Origin: Blasia pusilla
Lineage: Eukaryota
NCBI GenBank assembly: GCA_050084515.1
Contig: CM114271.1
Span: 31,496,001 to 31,560,000, forward strand
Direction of reading: 5' to 3'
Length of the DNA: 64,000 nt
In this document: in pieces, positions 27,501 to 40,259 of the stretch
How positions within the stretch are numbered: position 1 is the stretch's first letter
How the letters are laid out: the number at the start of each line of letters is the position of its first letter
Notes under the pieces: model-generated
What the model was told of the DNA's origin: nothing
Database searches by the model: none
What the model saw: the letters and a program-made list of their open reading frames with translations, nothing else
Made by a program: the position numbers and the translations under genes

Positions 27501-30439
27501 TGAAATTAAATTTCATAAAATTGAAGAATAATAAAATTTCCACTATTATACTTTTATGTTAAAAATAAAATAACTTGAAATTAAAATTTTATGGTGTAGT
27601 ATAAGAAAATTAAAAAATCGAAAAGTTTCACATATGGGTTTCATGGGGAGCATATGAGTCCGGGCTAATAGCTTAGTATAAGAAAAAATTAAACAAAAAT
27701 TTAAAATCGAAAGGCTTCACTCTTGGATTTCATTGGAGCTCTAGCCAATAGTGTGATTTCCTCCATACTTTTTGACCTTAAAAATTTGGTTCTCATGTCA
27801 TGCTTTTGCAAAATATGAGTGGGTCCAAAGCATAGGAGATTTGCATAGAACAACACTCTATTGGTTGTTCATGGTTTTGAAGTAGAAATTACGGTGGATA
27901 AGAACATGGAGGATCAAATTTTTATTCTCCCTAAACTATGTTTTAATGTGATTTTACCATTTGGCTTGATAAGATTTAAATTCCTTATTTAACTGGTTTT
28001 TTCTACTGCGGTCCAAATTTGGATTATATTTTTACATCATTAATTATATAGAGCCTTAACTAAATTCGGCATGAGAAATTCCATCCATTATTTGGGAAAG
28101 GAACGCTTCTCCACATAAACACGACAGATGAAATGCTATTTGAAAAAATTCTTGGTAAGGATTTGATGTATGTGCACATGAGATACTTTACAGTTCGGCC
28201 CGAGTTGAAGTGGTGGATAAAACGAGCATGGAAAACATGAGGAGGCAGACTGTGGAACGAGGTTGTGACATGTGTTCTTCCAACCAAGACCTCAATCCGT
28301 TGTCATGAATGCAATAGGACACTGCGTAGACTAAGAGTACTGATAGGAATAAAACATCGCTCTGACCAGATTGATTGCAGTGTTTGAGGGCGGCCGTGAA
28401 TCCGTGATTCGGTGCGGAGGTGGGAGGGTGGGGATCCTCTACCTAGCACTAACGGGTTCGTTCAGGGTTCCCGGAGCCCAGCGGATCGTTTTCCTTCACT
28501 CCAAGTTGTCGACTCCAGTTTTTAGTTGTACTAATTGCGCCGTAAACCTAATAGCCCGGTTCTATCCTTTGTATGGATTCAAGGGTCGGCTGCAGCAGTG
28601 CAGCCTGTTCTCCCCCCTCTTTTGTACTTCCGATGGGTTTTCCATCACTCGTTTTTATCGAAGTGCATCTTTCATTCTCTCCTTTCTTCCTGATACAACT
28701 CTAATGCGAGGTCTGGAGTCTGGAGTCTGGTGACTTTGGTTACTTTCGTACCCTTGAAGGTTGATGCTCTTTGCGTGTAGTGCGTGCACCTTTACCCTCC
28801 TGACCGCCTAAAATCCAAACTAAACTAAATCAGGCGGGTACAAGTTCGAACTTGTAGCCAACCACATCATGCGGTCAGTGTCGGAGACTCCGAGCAGCCC
28901 CACGCCTTAGTCCTAGGGCCCCGCCGCACAGGCGCGCCTGTCCTGTGAGTGTGGATCAGTTAATACGGCATGGACACTGGTGGACATTCAAGAGTCTTAC
29001 GGGCCGCTGAAATGAAACGTCAGACCCTGCACCTGGACACGATTCACAAACTTCGAGGTAAAAGTACTGACTTGTAAGTGACAGGTGCATGCTCTTGAAG
29101 TCCCTGAGCAGGCTTCAGATAAGAACAAAACCACCACGAACATCCGAAAGACAAGTTACGTTATGAGTGCGCCAAAAATCCATGCCTCGATCCTCCTTTG
29201 AAACTCTTCTGGTTCAGCTCCCCACACATCCATAATCCTATCTCGTTCCTCGTATGATTCCTCAGAGGAGTACTTTTGATCGATTTTCCCACGTTGAGTA
29301 CCTCGACCAACGGTCTCGGGTACGAAATGGATTCGGTACTTTCGCCATCTATTCAAAGTTGCAAACTCGTTTTTCTTGGACAGCATACCTAGTCTAACTA
29401 ATAATATTTTTCACCAAAATTTATCTTTTTCGATCCGGCCCATCGTAAAAGTTGTGTCATAAATCTTTCATCATCCTAGGTTGCGCATAGAAGGTTTCAC
29501 AATCTATATTATTTTTGGAAAGTGTTCCATAATTTTCCAAAGTCTTTCTTATTTTTAAATATTTTTTCAATCGATAGAATTTTTCAATCTATCAACCGAC
29601 GAGATCCTTCAAAATTCGGGAGTTCATTAAAAATTAGTTATTTTAATTCCTGCATCGCACGTTTATTGCCGAACACGCTTTCTACGAGGGATGAAGATTG
29701 AGAGGTTGACGATTGATTTTTGAATGTTATCTTTCCTTCTATTCAAATACGTTGTTACCGTGTTCTTATAATGTGTTCATCATATTTGCATTACTTTGCA
29801 ACATGCCCAACCTAATGGGCTTTTTGCTTTGCAACCTCATGAGAATGGAAACGATATGTGTGTTGCATTGGGCCAAATAATTCCAAAAACTATTTTCCCC
29901 CTTCCCTTGTTACGACAACATTTTCTAATAAACCAAAAAGCCTAGATTCCAATCGTACTTAAATTTCCACTTATTAGAAAAAGTGAAAGGAATAAATTAG
30001 TCACATTCCATCCATATTGTTGCAGGTATTTGCTTAAGTGGCCCCCTGCCCTACTTATGTTGCTTAAGTGGCCCCCCTACGAAATCTTTTGCTTGAGTGG
30101 GGCTCTTACCTACAACACCTGTTCACGGGAGATGAGCTACCGGGAAGTCCGGTAATTGTTCTAGCACCATTTCCATAGTCGTAGACTTTTGCACTGAACT
30201 GCAGAAGTTCTGAAGTTTCAGCCAACGGGGAGAGGAGGGACCGTTTTAGCCGCACGTTTAGGGTGGAAGTGTGTCATGGCATTGCAGTGAGCTGAAGAAG
30301 TTTCAGCCAACGGGGAGAGGAAGGACCGTTTTAGCCATAGGTTTTAGGGTTTGGGGTGGAACTGCACAAATTCCAGCACTTGACATACGTTATACAACAT
30401 GGATATGATCACCGTTTCACCATAAAACAAAAAGGAACT

Positions 30440-33400
30440 TTACGAAGATTTATTACATGCTTGGACCTGTAGAATCCAACCGTTGTAAGTCAACAATAGC
30501 CACTAAAGCCCTGGAGAAACATGATGCCTCGTCCAAGCCGCCTGAAGACACACCTAGCCTACTCAAGAGATCACGAATAAACTTTGAATTCCTTGCTGCT
30601 GAATCTTGCAAGGCTGTCACTCTACGCAAGGCCTTTTCCCACCCACCTTTGTTGTCATAGCCGGTCACTCCTAACTTGGTAATGAGATCTCCTCTGTCAG
30701 CGAGAAGAGCTATGTGCCTTAGCTCCAAAACTTCAACATACTTGTCTACTCTAGCTGTGGTTTGTTTGGTGAGATGAATTTTATCCTCCCAACACTACAA
30801 ATGCACCACATCTTCCGCCGGCATCCCCAAATGGTTAATCCATAATTGTATGATTCTCTCATCAATTAGAAACCCTCCTTGCGGCACACCCGGGTCCTCC
30901 TCTGGTACTTCTTCCGTTGGTCCCTACATCCAAAGACAAACCGAATGTGTACATCAAATAACCTACAACAAAAAATAGCCGTCGGATGTGATTAGCCCCA
31001 CTTTGTGCTTAGCACAAAGCCTGTGATTGTCATTAGCCGCCAACTGTGAATAGGCGCCGGTGTGAATAGCCGCCCACTATGAATAGGCACCGTCTATGTT
31101 TACCCGCCGGTTGTGATCACTAAGGCTGCGTGAATAGGGTTTAGGGACAACCCAACAAGTATACAGTAAACCCTCACCTATATGTTGACTCCTCCACTAA
31201 GAAGGCAAAACAATCCATAAGAACTTACTGCAATTTGTGAACAACGATTGGAGAATAGAGGCCATGTTAAAGAAGATGGGCAATTGAAGAGTGGTATAAT
31301 ACCTTATGTGATTTGAGCCCATCTTCTTTTCCCTCCAAACCTTCAGCTCCAACAACATTAGGGATTACACCATCTTCACTTGATGGTTTGGGTTGTGGAG
31401 CATCGCGTGTTGGTTCCATTGCTAGCGCTTTGGACCGCATGTGATTCAACCACCATGTGGAGTCCTCAGTTTGCACATAGTTGTTCACATGGTACACGCT
31501 CTCTGTCTAGCATAAGTGGCTAACCATATGCACTCAGGGATACTATCTGTTTGCAATTGTTGATCCACCGTGAACATATGCTCAGTTTGATTCATTTTAT
31601 TCACAAGAAACTTGTCCATAGTTTGAGAGCCTCAGATAATCACCATAGGCTCCGCTAAAAGATGGGCCCAGGTCGTTGTTATAGGGTGAGCACATGGTGT
31701 GTCGCTTGCCATGTTCCCATGAGGTCCCCATGTAGTGTTCTTGATAGGTGTCTTTTCCGTGCCTTTCCTTGTTGTGCCTAGAGACTCCCTACCGCATTGT
31801 GAAGGCCGGAACTGAGAAACATTGGGAACTTCCCAACCTCCTACCTTCTGAGTGTTCCATTCAGGCAGGCTCCCAAATTCTTGCCAATCCAACCATCGAT
31901 ACCATCTTGCTGTTGCTCATTCCCTTTGCTTTCTCCATTCTTCACTCCATGTACATGTGAAGGTGAATCATGCCTGTTGGTGTCAGTGTCATTCGGATCG
32001 GAGTGAGGACTAGCCGCATCCTTCTTGTCATACGTACTCCTTTGCTTCACTATCCTCCAAATGAACGACATGATATTTTGACTCCTCCGCTGCCTTGTTC
32101 TCAGCAATATTCAGTTCTTCTGTGATGCCTTTCATCACCTCATCTATCACCTTTTGAGTATCAATGACACCCACCTCACAGACGGGTTCACCCTGCTCCT
32201 CCTCGACATGGGGTTCCTTTAGACCTTCACTTTCCCCTGAAGCCCTAGGGAGGCCTGAATTAGGCTCCTCCACAATCACATTGCTCTCATGTGCAGGCTC
32301 TGCTACTGCAATACCCAACCTTGATATCGCCAACTTTGCACAGCGAGGTCGACTAGTCGTAGTAGTATTCTCTAGCACCCAAAAAAATAAATTTAAAAGA
32401 GTACAAACTTCACAATTGACATCCTCAGAGCAAAAGGAAAGGATAGCAAGTCTTCATACACAAGCTTTGGAGTCTATGGAAGGAGGAGACCTGATTTGGA
32501 ATCTGCTTCTCGAGAAAGCGATTCTTTCCTCTTTTGGAGAATCTCGCGGAGAGCTTTTGAATCTTGTAAATGAAAAATGAAGGAGTCAAAAAATATGAAT
32601 CTTGTTATACATGTCTAGATGAAAGAATGCCAAGATGTGATGAAATCTTACTATACTTACACTTGGATTCGAATTTGTAGCAACCGGCAGAGTTGCAGAA
32701 TCATCTTCTTGCTTGACTTTTGCTGGAAGTGTAGACGTCCCCTAGTACACACCAATGAACCCCAAAAGCTATATTTACATATGAACAAAACAAATAAAGT
32801 GTAGGCAGCCTTGTGTAAGCTAGTAACCTTGTCCAAACGCTGTGGATAGCCGCCGGCCTTGTAGAATGGCTGTGAATAGCCCCCTCCGGCTGCTATTAGT
32901 CGCAGTCCGAAGAGAGTGCATAACCACCGGCCTCTGCTAGAATAGACGCCGGTTCATTCTGGTAGCCTTGTCCAAAGGTTGTGAATAGTCACCGACGGCT
33001 GCTATTAGTCGCAATCCAGAGAATGACAATAGCCGCCGGCTCCTGCTGTAATAGACGCCGGTTCATTCTGGTAGCCTTGTCCAAAGGCTGTGAATAGCCG
33101 CCGCCGGCTGCTATTAGTCTACTTACCCTTTGGCTGAGAATAGGATTTGCCCTTTGCTATTAGTTTCCTTGCCCTTTGGCAAAGAATAGACACCGGTTCA
33201 TGTTCATCTTTGTTATTAATTTCTATGGTTGTGAGTAGCAGCCGGTGCATGTTAGTGCGCGAACTTCACAACCTCTCTGTGAATAGCCGCCATTGGAAAT
33301 TTAATGCTTCCAAGTGCCCCCGGCTTAAAAAAAAATGAATACAAATGGTAAGAACCCTCACCTTCTTCTTTCCTTGGGTTTTTGGCCGAGACTTGGGATT

Positions 33401-34215
33401 CTTCATCTTCGATTGTGGAAGCTCCTTCTCGGCTCCATGTGAGGAACTCTTCTTTCTCGGTATCTTTTTTTGAGCAATGAAATCATCGCTATCATCTAAA
33501 GTTGGTGCCTTCCATGTAGTAGTGTCATTGGTAGGTATCTTTAGTTTTATACACAATCGCTGTGATTTGTCTTTGGGCTCACTCTCCTTTCCTCCAATTT
33601 TCCTTTTTCGAGCATTCTTGGACTCGGTCGGTGGAGTCCCACTCAGATTTTCCTTCCCTTTCAATTTCAGATCTGATACTAGGTGGGCCTCTGCTACAAT
33701 CACCTCATGTGAGGTCGGATCATCGCCATGGTTGAAGAGAATGGTCAAAATAACTCCAACTCCGCTTTCTCTCTCTTTCTCTTTCTTGGCGCTTGGTTGG
33801 AGGACTTGCTTGATATCAAGCATGAGTTTCCTGTAGACATATGTTGCCCGATCCACTAGAATCCTTTCCCAAGCTTGGCATGCCATTTATAACATGCTTG
33901 CAAGGACACTGTTGGGGTTTGTATTCATATGAAAGCAACGATTCAACTGAAATAGTAGTGCCTGAAAGTTCTCTGGCACAACACATCCTAGCTTGTATCC
34001 GTGGCTATTCTTCTCCAGCTTGGTGAGGTACTTGGAATAAATTCTTGGCTCCTCTTGATCAGTGTGTTGGCGCTCCACAGATAAAAAAGAGCCAAGGTGC
34101 TTGAATTGGAAAGCAGTTGCTATGAGTTCTAGAGAGATACTTAACGCATACTCTGACATTGTATGCCCGTAGCTTTGTCGAAGCATCCCCTCTGAAGTTT
34201 CAAGGTTGAACCTGC
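30440..34215 (-). pseudogene. Multi-exon accessory gene of the MULE, function unassigned
   Basis: Co-oriented minus-strand frames 33887-34186, 33266-33886 (Lys-rich, NLS-like), 32028-32378 (acidic), 31267-31497 and 30453-30728, separated by motif-rich intron-like spacers. Confidence 0.5.
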
Positions 34216-35529
34216 ATGGACATCTTTTAACGGGAACCTTGCTTCCATAGTTTGACTTGGATGTCGCCCCTGCAAGAAATTAGTTTGAGTGTTAGTATAG
34301 TAAAGGCACCAAACCCAACTAAGAAGTAGTCATCAAGCACATCAGTGACAACTCTTGAGGTAGCAAGAGTAAAAAACAAAAAAGATAATCCATGCTCTAA
34401 AACTACCAAAACCATTTGCATTATGAGGAGAACTTATGTTTAGAGAAATAGTTGCAGGATTCCAAACTCCGGGCTTGTAGTTTAGCTGAAAGAGCTTCAG
34501 ATGCCTCCCCAAACAAAGGCTTTTTGCAGGAAATTATATATTTTGTTCGGATGAGAAAGCATAGAAAATATCAAAGCAAAAATAGGGTCGAGAGAAAAAT
34601 CCTACCGATCCGGTGTTCCTCTGTGCAATACAACAGCCGTAGGAGACTAAAAAATAGCCGCCGCAAGCGCCAATACTAGAATACCGCAATAAGCAGAAAG
34701 AGCTTGAAGCCTCCGCCAGCTTGACATTAGCCGTAGCCAGGTCATTATTTGTTAGGGCCCGGTTATAGATAACATTCATACAACAAAAGTGGTAGATAAA
34801 ATGGAATAGAGTCGAGGAAGGAATGTAAAGTGGCCATTTGGTATATGGGATATGGCAGAATTTGGTCATGGAGGAGGGTTTCATCTTTGCAAAATGGAAG
34901 CGGATATTTCCCATTGGAAAGTTCCGTCCCCACCGTGCCATTAGCCACTTAAGCTAATAATTACTTATCCGCCGTTGGAAGTCCCTCCCCCACCCTTGCA
35001 TTAGCCGCCGTTGCAAGTGCCTCCTCCACTGCGGCATTAGCCGTAAGCTAATTAGCCACCGTTGGAAACTTCCTCCCCCACCTTGGCATCATCCGCGGGC
35101 TGCTAATTATTATTTAGCCGCCATTGGAAGTCCCTCCCCCTCACTGGCATTAGCCGATGTTGGAAAGTGTCTCCCCATCGTGGCATTAGCCGCAGGCTAA
35201 TTAGCACTTAGCTGAAGTACTTAAGAAGAGGCAGTAAGGAGAGGGTGTTCTGCTCTGTACATGGAGTTCTAATCCTATGATGCCCCATTGTGCGGTTTGT
35301 AACTTTGATGGCAATGAGATTGTATTAAGCAAGTATCCTCTTTACCTTCATGACTTCTAGTCTCCTAACCTAGAACTTGGAGTGGGAATGGTAGAATATG
35401 ATGAAAAAATCATTCAAACTCATTCATTTCTTGGCCTTGCTTCTTACTTAGCTGATCTTTTATGAGTAAGTTTGATTCAAAGTACTTGTGGCACTCTTTA
35501 ATTTCTAGAACACCTCAGTTGTGTTTGTA

Positions 35530-36433
35530 GGACTTTCTCTCAGTGGGAGGGTATATGCTCGATCGATACGCTAGATGGAGAGTCATGTGGGCTTGTAAAG
35601 AACATGGCTCTCACAGGGATTGTGAGTCACAATACTTCAGAAGCACCTATGCTTCAAGGTCTAGGAATTGTTGATATTGTGTATCTTCAAGAAGTCTCTC
35701 CATCCACCTTGCTTACTGTCACAAAAGTATTTGTGAAGGGAAATGGATTGGGACACTATGAGCAGACATAGTGTCCACTCTCCAAACCAAGTTAAATACA
35801 AGATGAGTTGGTCTTTTTAAAGTCATGTGGGTGAAGGACCTGTACTTTGGAGCAAGCTGGACACAACATAGCTCAATTGAGGGTGGGTTGAATAAAGTGT
35901 ACTATCTTTCATCAATCTAGTGTTATTCATTGATGTGAGAGCTTGTCTGTTATCATTCTAGTCGAGGTAGTCATGGATTTGAAGAAGCAAGAGCTGCATA
36001 TAAGTATAGATGGTGGGAAACTTTTGAGGCCTCTGTTGATTTTCAAAAACCAGTCCTTGGTTCTCAACGAAGGGTATATTTCAGAAAGTAATGTCCGACT
36101 CTCTCCAATGGAACGCCTTGCATGGTTGTAGAGCAAGGGTGTAATAGAGTTCTTGGGCACATAGGAAGAAGAGAAAGCCATGATTTCCCTTCATGGAGAA
36201 GACATTTTGAGGGCCAGGGAGAGGAGTGCGGTGGCCCTTGTATATATCCATGCAGAGATCCATCCATCTCTGATTCTGGGTTTGAGCACTTCAGTTATTC
36301 CCTTCCCGAAGAGAAACCAAAGCACAAGGAATCTCTTTCAATCTCTTGAGCACTGTAAACAAGCCATTGGCCTTATGTGAGAAACATTGCAAGTCGTGTA
36401 GACACCTCAGGGAAACATCTTTTCTATCCACAG
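35530..36433 (+). pseudogene. NRPD2: Captured fragment of RNA polymerase second-largest subunit, Pol IV/V (NRPD2/NRPE2)-like
   Basis: QWEGICSIDTLDGESCGLVKNMALTGIVS, KVFVKGNWIG, ELHISIDGGKLLRPLLI, HAEIHPSLILGLSTSVIPFP...QSLEHCKQAIG, DTSGKHLFYPQ. DGE, KNM and QSxxHCxQAIG fit NRPD2 better than RPB2. An intron-like gap (~35800-35960) is retained; stops and frameshifts are present. Confidence 0.75.
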
Positions 36434-36914
36434 GTTGATTGTTTTGAGTTTTGACTCATCTCTTCATGATCCAGAGTAGATCTTCAGCTTCCCTGATTGC
36501 TCAAGCTATGGTGGATTATGAACAACCTTTTCTATGCAATCTGCTAAAGATCTTCAGCTTCTCCGATCCCCTATTGATCTTGGATGCTACTTTGCCATCC
36601 GAGTCTATAAACCCTAGCACAGGGTGAGGAGAAGGAAATCAGGTAGGCACCCTAAACACACAAGCATGAAGCAGGAGATGTGACAAACCCAATAACAGGA
36701 GAAGACGACGACGAAGTAGAAAAAGAAGAGGAAGCAGAAGAAGCATAGGAAAAAGAAGAGGGAGTAGAAGGAGCAGAAAAGAAAGAGAGGGAGGGAGGGA
36801 GGAGCAGGAGAGGACAAGCCATTTCCAGCCTTTAAGCCACTCACCACCCACGCAAGTGGAGCTTCTTGCAGTAGACAGATCGACCTCCTTTGACACCGAC
36901 ACACCCGGCTGCAA

Positions 36915-37790
36915 AATAGCCGCCGGGTGGCTCTGCAAATTAGCCGGTTGTGGCCAAAACCTGAAAAAATAATAAAAAATGGGGCATCTAAATTACCCTC
37001 CAGATGCATCAAAATACCCCAACTCCAAGCCCGGCCCGCAACTTGCAAGTAAAGTTGTAAATCTAGGCACATCCTTCTCAGAAAACATTTGAAAGTACAT
37101 TGCAAATTAGGTTCCAGCTGCGGATGAGGCCTAGCATTCATGAATTTACCTTGAGAGTGAGCCAAAGGGAGTCAAATCCGCACCTCCAACCCCGGTCCGC
37201 AACTCCTGATAACGATAATTTTCCTGGAAATTAGCCGCCGACTGCACTGAAGACCCTAGCGTTGGTGCTGACCCAAAATCTCGAAAGCATGGGCTGCGGG
37301 CTGCGGCTGAAACCTGAAAAAAAATCAAAAACATGGGGCATCTAAATTAACCGCCGTCTGTGTCAAAATTCCCCAACTCCAAGCCCGGCCCGCAACTTGC
37401 AGGGAAAGTTGTAAATCTACCCACATCCGTCTTAGCAAACATTTGAAAGTAGATTGCTAATTATTCGCCCGCTACGGACGAGCCCTAGCGTCCATGAATT
37501 TACCATGAGAGTGAGCCAAAGGGAGTCAAATCCGCACCTCCAACCCCGGTCCGCAATTCCTGATAACAAAAAATTACCTAGAAATTAGCCGTCGGCTGCA
37601 ATGGAGACCCTAGCATTGCTGCTGACCCTAAATCACAAAAGCATGGGCTCTGGGATGCGGTTGCAAATTAGCCGCTGGCTACGGCTGAAACTTGGAAAAA
37701 TAAAAAACATGGGCATCCAAATTAACCGCCGCCTGCATCAAAACTCCCCAACTCCAAGAAATTTTCGTAGAAATTAGCCGCCGGTTGCGG
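36915..37790. repeat. ~360-bp tandem duplication inside the MULE (two copies plus a partial third)
   Basis: AAACCTGAAAAAA...GGGGCATCTAAATT...CCCCAACTCCAAGCCCGGCCCGCAACTTGCA block at ~36957, ~37311 and partially ~37688. Confidence 0.8.
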
Positions 37791-38459
37791 CATGATCCTA
37801 CAATCTTGAAATTTGACAGCTAAATCTGCCCACCTACATCAAAATCCGCAACTCCAAGCAAAATCTGCAACAAAATTTTACTTGAAATTGACCTAAAATG
37901 TGCCGCCGACTGCGGTTGAGACCCTACAAATTTCCTATTCCATCGAATTAGCCCACATCCGTCAAAATCCAAAACCCCAATCCCGGCATTTCACTTCAAA
38001 TTGCATCAATGTGACCTCAAATCTGCCTCGGGCTGCACTTGAGACCCTAGCGTCCCAAATCCACACATTAGCCGCCAAAGCTCCACAATCGCAATCTGCC
38101 CAAGAGCTCGTCCCCAATCCGCACAATAGCCGGCCAAAGCTCTGCAATCGCAATCCGCCCAAGAGCACATTCGACCTTCATCACCCTCACCCAGAAATCG
38201 AGCTCATTTGGCCTCAACCTCAAATGTGAAAATTGAAATCTGAAAAAATCACCCTCGGCCTAGCCGTGCTTGCCCCTGGCCCACTCGCGTGCATGCATCG
38301 AAGGTTTCTCTTCAATATCCAAGGTCGAGCTTCAAGAAACTACCGTCGGGTGCAGACCATAGATTGGCAACGCATCATAGCCGCAGGCCAGTCCGTCCCC
38401 TAGTATGCACCGTAGCCGCAGGCCGACCTGACTCCCTTACGCGCACTTTAGGAGCGGCT

Positions 38460-40040
38460 AAATTTTGAAAGGAAGGAAAAATGAGGAAGGGGAGGGAGGA
38501 GAAATTTGAGGAAGGAGGGGAAAGAAAAAGGAAGGAGAGGGAGGAAAAACTAGGATGGAGAGGGAGGAGAAAATTGAGGAAGGAGAGGGAGGGATAAAAA
38601 GGAGGGGGGCGGAGAGGAAATGAGGAGGAAGGAGAGGAAAAAAATGAAGGAAGAAGAGGAAAAAGAAAAGGAAGGAGAAGGAGGAAAAAATAAGGGAGGG
38701 AATGGAGGAAGCAAAAGGAAGGAGAGGGAGGAAAAAAAAAGTGAGGGGGAGGGGGTGAGGAGGGTTTAGATTAGTGAGGGAATGGAGGAAAAATGAAGGG
38801 AGGAGAGGAAAAAATAGAAAAAGGAGAGAACAAAAAGAAAAAGGAGAGAACAAAAAGAAAAAGGAAGGAGAAGGGGGAAAAAATAAGGGAGGGGGGGAGG
38901 GAAAAAATAAGGGAGGGAATGGAGGAAAAAAAGGAAGGAGAGGGCTGAAAAAAAAAGGGAGGGGGAGGGTTTAGATTAGCGAGGGAATGGAGGAAAAATG
39001 AAGGGAGGAGAGGGAGGAAGTAGAGGGGAAAAAGGAAGGAGAGGGAGGAAAGAAAAGGTAGGGGGGGAATAAGGGAGGGAAGGGAGGAAAAAAAGGTATT
39101 GGAGGGAGGAGAATTGAAGGGAGGAGAGGGAGAAAAAAAAAGATTCAACACATGAAAATTAAGATAGGAAAGAGAGGGAAAAAACAGAAGAGAGGGAACG
39201 GCGGAAAAATAAAAGGAAGGAGAGGGAGGAAAAGAAAAGGGAGGGGGGGGGAGGGAAAAAAGAAGGGAGGGGGGGGAGGGAAAAAAGAAGGGAGGGAATG
39301 GAGGAAAAATGAAGGGAGGAGAGGGAGGAAGGAGAGGGAAAAAAGAGGGAGGGGGGGAGGGAAAAAAAGAAGCGAGGGAATGGAGGAAAAATGAAGGGAG
39401 GGAACGGAGGAAAAAGAAAAGGAAGGGGAGGGAGGAAAACGGAGGAAAAAAAAAGGAAGAAGAGGGAGGAATCACAGTCAAGCGGCTATCCAGAGGATTG
39501 CCGCGGGCGTGTGATTAGCCGTCGTCTAGCCAATAGTCGCCAATCCTGAGATTAGAAGCCGTCCGGAGAAGAAAGGAGAGGAAGGAAAAAAATAAGGGAG
39601 GGAAGGGAGGTAAAAAAAGAAGGGAAGGAGAGGATAGGGGAGGGAAAAATAAAGGGAGGAGAGGGAGGAAAGGTTGGCGGCAGTTTAGCAGTTGTGCAGA
39701 GTTAGCCGCCGGGCCTGAAATTAGCAGCCATCTAGAGAATAGCCGTTGGGCGTATGATTAGCAACCGTCCACAGAATAGCTGCCGGGCTTGTGATTAGCA
39801 GCCGTCTAGAGAATAGCCACCGGGCCTGTGATTAGCATCCATCCAGAGAATAGCCGTGGGCTTGTGATTAGCAGCCGTCCACAGATTAGCCGTCGAGCCT
39901 GAGATTAGAAGGCGTTCGGAGAAGGGAGGAGAGGTGGGGAAAAAATAAGGGAGGGAAGGGAGGTAAAGAAAAAGGGAAAGAGTGGAGGGCGGGAGGGGGC
40001 TGGGAGGAAAAAAGATAAGGGGGAGAGGGAGGAAAGGCGT
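38460..40040 (+). repeat. Polypurine (G/A) low-complexity tract
   Basis: Nearly pure G/A on the + strand with recurring GGAAGGAGAGGGAGGAAAA and GAGGGAATGGAGGAAAAATGAAGGGAG units. Confidence 0.9.
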
Positions 40041-40259
40041 ATGGTAGTTTAGCTGCCGACCTGTGATTAGCAGCCATCCAGAATAGGCGCCACTCCAAGC
40101 CTCATTGGCATGTTGATTGTTCATTTTGGCTTGTGAATATTTACAACTTTTTGAGATAAATACGTCATTGAGAACATAATTTGCGTTCCAACATGAAAAA
40201 ATATCATAATTTTGCATACCAGGAAATAAATGGGCCACAAAAGACAATTCCATCCGACT

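Noticed and set aside
38458-39518. Long Phe/Pro/Ser-rich and Gly/Lys/Glu-rich ORFs
   Set aside because: Artefacts of the G/A low-complexity tract.
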